Source: Phoronis australis (taxonomy: Eukaryota > Animalia > Phoronida). Taken from it: a DNA stretch of 64,000 bases. Positions 49,183-60,216 of this stretch are shown here, in pieces. The DNA lies in NCBI GenBank assembly GCA_002633005.1, contig NMRA01000158.1, positions 560,433 to 624,432 of the forward strand, in the 5' to 3' direction. The notes beneath the pieces were generated by a model. It was not told the origin of the DNA and ran no database searches. It saw nothing but the letters and a program-made list of their open reading frames with translations. How positions within the stretch are numbered: the stretch's first letter is position 1; each line of letters starts with the position of its first letter. A program made the translations under genes and the position numbers.

Positions 49183-52100
49183 GTGAGTGTGAATACAGGT
49201 TACTGTGATTTGTGCTTTGCTTACCTAGTCAACCAGAACTTGGTGTTAAAACAAATTAGGGCCTGTTCACTATTATTGCCATTTTCACAAGCGTTACAAA
49301 CTGTACGCTTTTGGGTGCAAGGGGTTGGTTCTAGTGCTGCCTGCTTATGTTTCTCCCATCGTAAGAGGAGTGATGTCAAATAACATAGGTCAACGTTTTA
49401 ATTGTTTTTACTCATTGTGAAAATAGATGAAACAACCAGTAGCAGAAAAACTAAATACACAAAACAGCTTATTACTTGGCGGAATTCTTCGAATTCCGAC
49501 AAGTATGATGTTCTGTCGTCAAGTTTTTTTTGTTCGCACTCTACAGGTCGCAATTTTCGTCCGATTTTCACGAAATTTGCGCACGCCGTGTAGATCGGGA
49601 AGTACTGGAACGCTATTGTTTTTGGTCATGATCGGATACAAAATGGCGGACGTGGGGGCCATTTTGTATCCGATTTCCCATTCAAATGCTCATAGAGGCC
49701 GCATTTTTTGACGTACAGAGCTGAAACTTGGTACGGTTATTATAGAACACGTGCTACAGCTGTTGTTACGAAAGACCTAGTTCTTTACGATATTCCTCCT
49801 TTGCCAATGTTCCCCAAAACTGCGATGTCAGTCTATTCCAATATTTCCTGGCTCGCATTAATGCTCCCTAAGCCCATGCCCGTAGCTAGATGTGTGCATC
49901 TCCTACCCACTATCGCCAATTTTCAGTCAGTCTACGTCGTAGATATTTCAGACTCGAATGGTAAGAATTTTTGTTCAGGCTGAAACTGGCTAATGTATAA
50001 ACAAAATTATTCTGGATGGCTAAAATGGGGATGTGGAAACGATAACTCACACAGTCACGCTTATGTGGGGGCTGACGCAAGTATTAGTAAAGAACAGCCA
50101 GCGACATTAGTTAAATCTGCTAATGCCAGTTTGACTGAGATGCAATAAGCGAAAAACAAAATTTGACTAGCAGTTTTTTATTACCTCAAGATGATACACA
50201 AACATACATTATTGCCAACCTATGAATTCAGAAATCAATAGGCAGCAACGAAATTGGTAACTCAGTAAGGCACTTGTACTGTCTCTTCGGTCGCCACACG
50301 TCCTCTTTAACCCGGCAGTTACATTCATCAAAATATTGAGAATTTGACATCTTTCTGTGAGTTGTGAGATTTGTTCAAAATACAAGAGTTTCCCACCTTT
50401 ATAGAATTTGGAGGGTTGGCAAAACCATTGTCTCATTTCTCTGGCCTGATTTTTTCGAATATATGTTTTATCTAGTGCACTGCAGACGGAAACTCAGCAC
50501 GGCAGACAAAGTCGCTGAAAGCGGAGGTTTTGACGTCGGCGGCATTCTTAAACTTTGCAAACATGGGAAGATAATAAAGTTACAAAAACGTTCAAGTATT
50601 ATATTTTGAAGTGAGTCCATGACCCAAGATAATAACTCGTTACTTGCATAATTGTAATTCACATTGCTAAACCACCGTCTGGGAGGTCTGGCGTCATTGC
50701 GCTCATTGTGATCATTGATCTTTTTTCTAAAAGTCGGGGAATCGCGCGTTTCTTTAGCACTCGGCGCTAAATCTTCATTCTTTAAAAGTCGGGGATGGAC
50801 GCTTAACCGAGAGGTGGGTGCTTAACTGGAAATCTTCAAAAATCACAGGGGGGGCGCTTAACCGAGCAGTGGGCGGTTAAATCGAAAATCCACCCAAAGT
50901 AGGGGGTGGGCGGTTAACTGAGCATGGGCATTAACCCGAACGTTTACGGTAATTCCAACTGACAGTTTGCTAAGTACTTGACATCAGACTTGGGAAGTTG
51001 ACTTGTCACCTTGGTCTCCAGTACTTCCAATTACTGTCAGCTCCTCCATGAACCAGAAACCATTCCTACTCTGAGTAAGGAAGCAGCTGAGGCCAATTTA
51101 TGGCTGATCAAAAGTTATTTTTTGATGCTTGGGGGTTTATAGTCGTTTTAAGTTAGTTGGTACCTATTTTTGTAATATTTTATAGATTTCTCAGGCCGTC
51201 AGATTTAGTGTTTGTGTCATATTCAGATAGTGTAGTTAAGTGACCAATACAGTGGCTGTAGTTATTAGAGACAAAGTGCAGTACACTGTACCGATCCTTC
51301 TTCACTTCATTTGTGCTTGCCATATGTCAAAAGTGCCTTGAGCTAAAGCGCACTCAATCAAATTTAACAATATGAAAAGATGACTTGTAGATGACCAGCT
51401 TAATGGATACAGAAAGCCCACAAGTCACCTCTGAACACAGCTGGTTAGCTGAGACTCTCCAGCTGGGAAACACTTCAATGAATAACTTATCAATACTAAT
51501 GCCTGGCTGTTGTATGTTTGAATCTCACTTAATAGTTGTGGTATCCTGGTCATGTCTAAACTACAGTACCAACCTGTCCTAGAGCAACCTGTGTGCATGT
51601 AACTAACTGTATGTATTGATAAGGTGGGGAAAGTTGGCACACATGTACCAAGTTGTCCTGCATAAATGGTGTCCATGCTTCTGTTAAACCTAGTGACAGC
51701 TTGTAAGTTGTCACATGTGTGGGTTTTCTCAACATAAGTAGTGTCCATGCACTTATATTAAACCTAGTGACAACTTGTTCCAGGTGCGAGTTGTTCTAGA
51801 CTGTGGACTGCATGTCTGATGACCGGGCATTGTGTGACTTTTTGACAATACCAATTGTCTGATATTTGAGAGAATTGTCTTACATTTAGTTTGAAAGGTG
51901 AACCAATCTACAATTGATGATGTCACCTGTACAAAGAATGATGCAGCTCACAACACACAAACGAGTGTGAGCTAAAGGCAACGTACTGTCATCTGCATAG
52001 TTACAGTTGGCAGATAATAATATTCAAGATAATCTTGAATCTCAAAAAATGAAGTCTCATTTTTAAAAAAGTAGTCTTTATTTTTATTTTTTGCACAACT

Positions 52101-55100
52101 TATGAACGTTCTCGTATATCCCTATTATCATTAGTGTCTTCTTCAAACATGAAACATATTTAAAAAATAATTGCAATGTCTTAGAGAATATTGCACGTTT
52201 CTTAGTATCTTTAAGACTCTTTTCAATTTGAAAAGCCCTTTCTGAGATTGAGGATGTTTCCAGCTCATAACCGTTGGCTCTGCTTGTTGTACAACATTCT
52301 AAATGTCTTATTTCAGACCATCATTATGTATGACAGACAAACTTGTAGCTGAATTCAAGGAAGCATTTTTTTCCAAAGTTCCCTTCCACATGACGGAAGA
52401 TGAACCAATCTTATCCATGATGTATACTAATTTAGTGTTGAACCCAGAGGGACTCATGCTTTCCGTAAGTACACATAAACTGGTTTTAAAAGAATAAATT
52501 GAACTTTGTCATATTTATGGCAAAAAGCCACAGATGGAAAATACTGGTTCACTGTTCAGGCTAAATTGGGCATTTAGTTGAGTATGGGTGCTTAAAAACA
52601 AGTTTTTGGAATAGTTGGGGTTGGGGGTGGCCACTTACCTTGATGGTCGGGGAGTTTCATTGATGTCAGATTTCACATGAAATGTCAAATTAAAAATCAG
52701 CTGATTGTTGACAATACAGTAAGAAGGTTAGTGCCTAGAATGAAGTAATCACATGACATAGCTTGTCACATGCTGTATCTTTTCATTTTCCAATACAAAC
52801 ATTACTCGTCTGCTGCTTACACGAACGCTTTCGCCAGTTTTTATACATGAGTACAACTAAATTAGAATGCAGATGAGCCAATAGAACCACTTCCTATCTC
52901 CTTCAGTAAAGAGCAGGAGAGTACGCGTATTTTCCCGCTCGAATTAGGCAAGGTTTCACTAAAACTGACATCAGGATAAGGAACTTGTCTTCTTTTTGTT
53001 AGTTAAAATTCTCAGGAAACACAGGTGCTTTTAGAGATTTCTCAGGCGTTCAAGTTAGGGTGGGTTGTTAGCCAAGTATGAGCGCTTGAAAGTGAAAATT
53101 TTGAAATTTTCGGGTGGGTAGTAAGCCTCCCATTGGCCTTAACCCAGACGAGTGTGGTAATACTAAATCATTGGGAAGTTATCCAGAAATTTTTGCATCA
53201 AAATTTCATTGATTTTCAGTGAGAAGTAAAGTTGTCAACTTTGAAAACTGCTGCTGGGTATATGAAATCATAAACCCCAGACAAAATATTTGTTAGGTGA
53301 CTACGGGAAGATTATTGTGTCGCTGAGAGTAATGAAATTGCTGATGTCTCCCGATTTGTTCAATTGAAATGGACGGCAAATTATTTTCATTGGTATTAAT
53401 ATAATACAGTTTGTCCATTTTATGTTTTCTCATGCTCAGCTGTTAAAGCTACTATGTACTTACATTGAAGCAACTCTGATGAGCTTGAATAACAATAAGT
53501 TATTGCTTGAGATGGGGGTCAATACATTAACTTAAAGGAACATTCTTGTGGAGAAAAGTTATTTTACAGAAACTCACTAATTCTGCAGTAGCAGGCGATC
53601 TAATGCTCTACCGCTGAACCCAAGTGTTTAACATCAGAGTTCGGTATTTTAAGTGTTTAAATGGTAAAGATACCGGCCTTGATTTCAGTGAATGTCTGGT
53701 AATGGTTGGATATAACATGCGCGTATTTTGAGAACCAGTTTTCTGCACTGAATAATGGGCATCAAACTGGTTCTCAAAATACAAGCACGTTATATTCGAC
53801 TATTGCCAAATGTCTGGCAGACAACAGCAAGGATTGACACTTTGCCACAAAATCATATACCGGGTACACAATGGATTTTGTTATTTTATAGTTCTGATCA
53901 AAGCTAATGGCTTCAAGAAGTCTATTCTATTTAATAATTATCCCAAAATTGTGTTTTTCAAGTCGCAAAAGTGACAATATCTCAGTCTTTAAGAAGCTGA
54001 TTGTTTCCCCAAGCCCAGAAATCACTTCATAGCAGCTTTGACAATTTGTGTTGTAGTTCTTGACCAACGACAATTCGTTTCATGATATGGTCTTTCCTAA
54101 ACTGCTGGGTGCCTGTGGCCGTGTCGTTGTCGTGGAAGATGCAGGCCTTCCTCTGGAAACCTGTCTCACCGAACCATTTTACAAACGAGCAAGTGTGGCC
54201 TTGGAACTGATATCGTTAGTTGAACATTTCACGGTAACTATTCATTTACGTTTTTATGCACTCATATCAACATGTGAGTGCATATTGCCATCATACTGTC
54301 CGGTGTCTACCTCTCTGTAGTCCCATCTTCACATGGCCTATCCTAAAACAACTTGCACTAAATGCAACTTATCCCACTTTTAAGTGTAGCGTCCACACAC
54401 ACACACACACACACACACACANACACACACACACACACAAACACACACGTCCGATAACTAGGGTAAGCCAAAGGTTTCGCTCTGCGCATGACAATAAACA
54501 GCTGATACGAATACATGTGCAAAGACCGGTCAGTATTTAACCACAGATGATAATTGCTTTTACCTTGACCCAGGTTTGCAGCCACTCAGGAATTAGAAGT
54601 GGCGCAAGTTTCCTGTAGAACAAGTTATCCTCCCCCGATAAGGTGAAGTAACTTAGTGACAACTCGTTCCAGGAGTAACTTGTTCTAGGGAAAGTCTATG
54701 TCAGAATGGCACTTGAGAGTCATATGCTAAAAGGAGTGTTTCACCAATACTGTGGTATGAATAGGATGGAGTAAGTAACTTAATTACTGTAAAACGAATC
54801 ATGTTAGCAATCTGTAGGCCACATTTCGTTCAGTTTACACATGGGCTGTTGGCAATGCTTGGTACACCGGGCAAATACAAGGTCAGTATATTCAGCTTTT
54901 TTGGTACTTCCGCGCTATCAGAAAAATATATTCAATTTTATGCGAATTAAGTGCAGAACTGCTGTCAGTAGAATTCCATGGTTAGCGTAATTCTTTCAGA
55001 TGTAAGGTCTGCTGGGCCCCATGTATCAGTGCTGTTTGTGATACAGGCGGTGGGTGCATTTCAATTCTCTGCCTCGCATGTACTAAATGTTTTCACCAAG

Positions 55101-58100
55101 TATGTCACTCTGTTTTAAAATTTGTGTTTTGTTAGTCCACATGCTAATGGACTCATTGCTTGTCCAGTCGACTCATAATTTACATAAAACTAGCAATATT
55201 TATTGGTTTTGGTTGAAATCGGACACAAGATGACGTTGTGGTGGTCATTTTTTCATTTTATTTCTTTACCGATTAACATCATCCTTTGACAGATCTGTGT
55301 GAATTGCGGTTTATGAATAGATCTCATCAACAGCTACCTGGATTGTTTTTGTTTTATCATAATTTCTCATAACTTATTACCATTTTCGAACTATTTTGAT
55401 GACTGGTCTTAGTTGACTATTCATTTTTCACTGTCTTGTCAGTAGAAATTAACTGTTATGTACCTGACAAAAACAAATTTCTCTTGGGTTCATTGTTATC
55501 ATGTGCATCACGTTGCCATTATTTACTACGAATGTAGTGTACAGGTCATTGAGCATTTTGCCTCGCTGTATGCGGGTATACAAAATTTTAACTATAAACT
55601 TAGCTATAGTTCATTTGAGGCTGTTAGCTCAGCTCCTCGCTTTAGGTATACGGTGGCCCTTAAGCAGTGTTGTATTTATTACCAGTTGATTGTGTATTTC
55701 ATTGAACTGGTGATACTCATTGTGTGAGGTTCCTTATTGATTGATTGATTAATTTATTGGTTGATTGACTGATTACTACATGTCGTATAAAGACAATAAA
55801 CATACCCTGAAAGAGTTGAGTACACTATTTTGTGTGAACTGTTGTGTTGTACATTGCTACTTCATTTCTCACTGCAATTAGACAAAATAGACTTCCTAAG
55901 GTAGCAAAAACAAATACGGCATTTTTAATAATTAGAAAATGACACCCTGCAACCTATTCTGTCTCTTTCTAGACTTCTGATGTCAACTGGTTCATATTCT
56001 ACAGTGATTTCAAACACAGTGATTTTGCTCTCAGCAATTTGGGAAGTGTTCGTCTAGTTGATGCTGAGGATGTGATGATTATTGACAAGGAGGAGTCAAA
56101 GAAAGGTAAGCTATCACTACACTCCTCCACGAGACAGCCTTACAAATTTAGGACTATTCTGTTACTGTATTGATGAATTGCCTTTTTGCGACGTAGCGGT
56201 GACATGATAAAGTACGTCTTGTTTCTGGATAGCTATAGAGTAATTGGTGAACAGCATTACGCCGTCTTGTATGAGGGCTTATTGCAATAAGAGTTCACCA
56301 TTTATTTAATTTCTGTGTGGCCACCATGCTGTCAAATTGTCCCTGTTGTGCGGTTGGACAGTCAAAAGTCTCAAAATGCACCCACAAACGCGCGTTCACA
56401 CATACATGTATGTGCACATGTGCTTCCAGCATCCTCTGCTGTGTCTCCAGACCACTAGATGGATGTTCATGAAATTTTCCAGACGTTTTTCATGGGTGGG
56501 ACAACGCTGGTGAATTTCCAGATGGATCCTTCTACCGCTGTGCCCCCTTGTGGCAATTTTAGATTTTTGCATTTGCCTCTGTATCATCAGAGTTCCTTGA
56601 CGACAGTACGTTTTAAGGAGATGGTGACTCTTTTTAATTTTGGATGCATGATACTTATTCTGTACCATTATTTTGGAGCCACAATACTTATGTATTGCTG
56701 TCATTTTACCAGGTACCTGCATCTCTTAAACCCCTTGCAGGATCTGAATGAGATTTGGCAAATGTGTTGATTGAAAAATGTTGTTAAGGGGCAGTCATAA
56801 CTTAGTTTTGTCGTGCTCACTGAACAAGGTTTATTTTCAAATTATCTGTTTGTGCAAGGTTATGACGCTAACTTCTTTACCAACATAAGGAATGCTATTT
56901 CACACTCAGTTGACTGCATGTTATGTATGTGATGGTAGGATGTTTTTCTGGTTGATAGTGATGCGATTACTGTCAGAAAGGCTTAAAATTGAATCAAATT
57001 CCACAGAAATATTTCAAGGTGTGCTATAAGTTAGGTATGCAAGAAATGATCTGCTGACTATTTATTGTAAACAAAGTGTCGAGAAGTCCCATACCGGAAA
57101 GCTACTCCAGAACATCGTATTAGCTAACCGTCCAGTAATGGTTTCGACATCGCCCACTAGGGGTGACACGACTGTTTACGTCATCATTTTGGTTGTTGGT
57201 GACATCACCGGAATTCCACGAATAGTTGCCAGTGCCTTTAAAAATGGCAGCATGCCTAGGTGTCGGTGCGAAGTTTGTGTCATGTGAAATGCTGCATGGA
57301 GCTATAAACGCGTACGAGAGGAGTTCTTTTTAAATTTCATGAGATTCCAGGACCATTGAAGGGGCACAGAAACGATTGGAAAAGACTGAGTTACACCGAA
57401 GAGCTCTGTTATTACAGATTTAGACTGCCTTGGCTGTCATGTTGGACTTGCTGTTGGAATTCAATTGTCCATAACAATGGGGACTGAATTTAGACATAAT
57501 TTAAGCCATCCAGTTAATTTGCAGGCTTACATACATTAAGAAATATATTGCTTTAATGTTTTGTCAGCAGTGATTCCAGACTTTGCTTCTGGCGTTAGTT
57601 GAAGTCGGAGTAAATCACCTTGCTTTCATACATCTAGTCAGTAACTGACAGCTCATGGCCAACTATGTTCAGCAGTAACCCACTTTTCCCTTCCTATGAG
57701 CAGGTTGGGCTTGCACATGCACGAGATCTCTTGTGTGACCACTATTTTTATTTCACGGACGCATGTATGAAATCACGCTGGCACAGACAATCTTAACTTA
57801 CCCACAGATCAATACCACATTATTCTGTGCCAATGACCCTGCTCTCCGACAAACTTGTCAATCAAGCGCATGGGCTGCTGTATGTCAGGGAGCAGCGAAC
57901 GAACGACGTGGGACAGGGAATAATGTGCTGGAGTACTGCTTGGTCATTCGCTGTTCTGTAAATAATGCATTTGCCCTAAATTTGAGATGGACAGTTGGAA
58001 CGGGTGTTGTTGCTTACTGATGTAAGATGGTGCAGGTGTTCCAAGTTCATCTCATAACAAATGACCCTGTAAAGTCGGCCATGTCCTCTGTATAAGATTG

Positions 58101-59338
58101 TAAATTATGATTGTTAATTATGTAGCATGTATATTAAAAAAGTTACATATTCAACTTAATTCTCTTTCGTTGAAAACTTGCTGTACTTTAATGACCAATA
58201 ACCAACAAAACTTGAATCATCCATCATCCCATGGTATCCTTTCCATTTGTCTTTATTACACAGTATTCTTTCCATTTGTCTTTATTACACAGTATCCTTT
58301 CCATTTGTCTTTATTACACAGTATCCTTTCCATTTGTCTTTATTACACAGTATCAAAACTATCAAACCACATTGTTGTTATTAAGAAGATTGTTTGAGCG
58401 ACGTATGAAAGTACTGAGGTAAATCTGTCGCTAAATTTATAAAGGTGGCACAAGATATGTACTTAAATGTATAATGGTAAAAAACATCGTAGAGATCATA
58501 GTGCTCCAGTCTTAATACATATCATTTCCATGTATTCCCGCCTTGTTGTGATGGCGCTTCTCACTAGGATACAAATGTAACAAAACAAGTTAAAGTTTGC
58601 TTGATCACATGTATTAGGACTCAATGATAACAGATTATCCGCTTGGAATGTATGAATACCATTATAAGCTAAGTCTGGTAGGTTTACCAGATGTGTAGTT
58701 AGTACCAGATGCCTAGTTAAAACCATATAGGCTGTGCTTGGACGCTGTAGTCGCTGAAAAATGTAGCGCATCCTAGATGTCCGCTACCAGATTCCTACCC
58801 ATGCACTGTGTCGGACAACTAGCAATGGAAGTTAAAATTCCCTGGTACCAGACGGCTAGGCAAAATCGTACCCTGTGCTAGACGTCCAGTACCGGATGCC
58901 TAGCCACTAGTGTCAGATGTTCTACCCATCCGGCATCGGACAATAGCAACGTAAGGTAGAAGTCCGGTACCGGACAGCTAGTCAAGATTGGTAGCCTGTG
59001 CTGGACATCCAGTGCTTGATGCCTAGCCATGAGCGTCTGATATACTGTCCGTCCTGTAGGGGACGGTTTGTAAAATCCTTGGTGAGGTACCTTTGTGAGA
59101 CTGTTGGTCTTTTCAGTTGCATTTCCTGAATCTAAGGAGGTCTGCAATACAGAATGCTTCAGAAAGATCTTTGAGAACATCCACAAGCCAGCGAGTGCTA
59201 CTCAGAACTATAAGTCCTGCGCAACAATATCAGAGCACGACGATGTGATGATGGCTCTACTTTGTAACAATGTTTTGTCCGATGCAGAGGATCACAAGAA
59301 GTCTGTATTTGGGAAACCTCACAATGGTCCCAGACCAG
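48626..59338 (+). CDS. DIPK2A: Divergent protein kinase domain 2 (DIPK2A/DIA1/C3orf58)-like gene, 5 coding exons visible, 3'-incomplete
   Basis: N-terminal signal anchor, KCPACYGMSLC, VVIKRL, LNPEGLML, FPKLLGACGRVVVVE, FYSDFKHSDFAL, RLVDAEDV; exons join in phase. Family call is strong; orthology to DIPK2A itself is untested. Confidence 0.88.
49470..50090 (+). mobile_element. Second HINE-like family element
   Basis: 5' palindrome TACTTGGCGGAATTC-TTC-GAATTCCGACAAGTA; matching GCAAGTA near 50080; internal CCGATTTTCACGAAATTTG and AAAATGGCGG blocks; 3' boundary uncertain. Confidence 0.5.
50423..50949 (-). mobile_element. Tc1/mariner(pogo)-type element, copy C, left end only
   Basis: Reverse complement of 44277-44802; ends ...CGTTTACGG then TA. 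Confidence 0.88.
52317..52464 (+). CDS. DIPK2A: DIPK2-like coding exon 2
   Basis: PSLCMTDKLV...MMYTNLVLNPEGLMLS; donor GTAAGT. Confidence 0.88.
53695..53810. repeat. Short palindromic element; relatives near 27215-27290 and 41725-41800
   Basis: ATAACATGCGCGTATTTTGAGAACCAGTTT ... AAACTGGTTCTCAAAATACAAGCACGTTAT. Confidence 0.65.
54057..54233 (+). CDS. DIPK2A: DIPK2-like coding exon 3
   Basis: FPKLLGACGRVVVVEDAGLPL...PFYKRASVALELISLVEHFT. Confidence 0.92.
54394..54448. repeat. (CA)n microsatellite
   Basis: Seen directly. Confidence 0.95.
55973..56105 (+). CDS. DIPK2A: DIPK2-like coding exon 4 (catalytic loop, DFG-equivalent)
   Basis: TSDVNWFIFYSDFKHSDFALSNLGSVRLVDAEDVMIIDK; donor GTAAGC. Confidence 0.9.
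56374..56770 (+). mobile_element. Partial HINE-like copy
   Basis: ATGCACCCAC start; GTTCATGAAATTT and GTGCCCCCTTGTGGCAATTTT blocks shared with 24329-24620. Confidence 0.6.
58234..58354. repeat. Tandem repeat, 4 x 29 bp
   Basis: GTATCCTTTCCATTTGTCTTTATTACACA. Confidence 0.93.
58730..59060. repeat. Degenerate tandem repeat, about 2.5 x 125-140 bp
   Basis: Recurring CTGTGCT.GAC, GATGCCTAGCCA, TCGGACAA.TAGCAA, GGTACC.GAC.GCTAG. Confidence 0.7.
59117..59338 (+). CDS. DIPK2A: DIPK2-like coding exon 5
   Basis: Cys-containing VCNTECF...KSC...LLCNNVLSD; phase 1 on both sides; donor GTTAGT. Confidence 0.82.
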
Positions 59339-60015
59339 GTTAGTGCCATTGATGTCTGTCTTCACTACTGTTCCCTCCCTGGTTATCGCCCAGGGCACTT
59401 AAGTTAAGAAACTCATGAATAAAGAGGTGGGTGTTGAGCCAACAATGGGTGTTTAAAGGTGAATTTTTGTGAAACATTTTCTCAGTCACGCTCCTGTACA
59501 ATATAAACGAGCAGTAAAACTGAAGTGGAATGATTACGAAGTATTTGTTGGATATTATCTGTTTCACCAGTCACACTCATTCTGCGAACAGAGGTACTGT
59601 AGGGCCCCATTGGCTGTTGGCAATTTTTTTAAAGTAAATTTTTCAATTTCGAATGTTCAAAAATTTGTTTTTAGTACACTGAAACATGGCAGGCATTTGA
59701 CAAATCTCTGGTGGTTACAAGGTGAAAATTAGGACGCTTCGCGGGAGGCATTAAGCGAAGCATAATTAGGCGTTAACCGGGTCAAGTACGGTAGTTTCAG
59801 TGGTGATTCTTCTGTTTGGCACACAATATGACAGATAAATGGAATTTCATTCTGTCCGTTTCTCATGAAAGATAACTGGTATGAAATTTTTACTTAATTT
59901 GAGAATGATTGTTTTCTATTAATGTGCACTAAGTCTGATATAAGTAACAGTATAAGTAAAAAATCTGCAGATTTGGCAAGAGCAACTGCCTTAGCATTCA
60001 TTTGGGACAAAATGA

Positions 60016-60216
60016 TGAATCGTTTTAGCTAAATAACCATTTCATCTCTCAGGTGAGGTACTATCCTGAATCATTTTAGCTAAATAACCACTTCATCTCT
60101 CAGGTGAGGTACTATCCTGAATCATTTTAGCTAAATAACCATTTCATCTCTCAGGTGAGGTACTATCCTGAATCATTTTAGCTAAATAACCATTTCATCT
60201 CTCAGGTGAGGTACTA
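60016..60216. repeat. Tandem repeat, 4 x 51 bp
   Basis: TGAATCATTTTAGCTAAATAACCATTTCATCTCTCAGGTGAGGTACTATCC. Confidence 0.95.
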
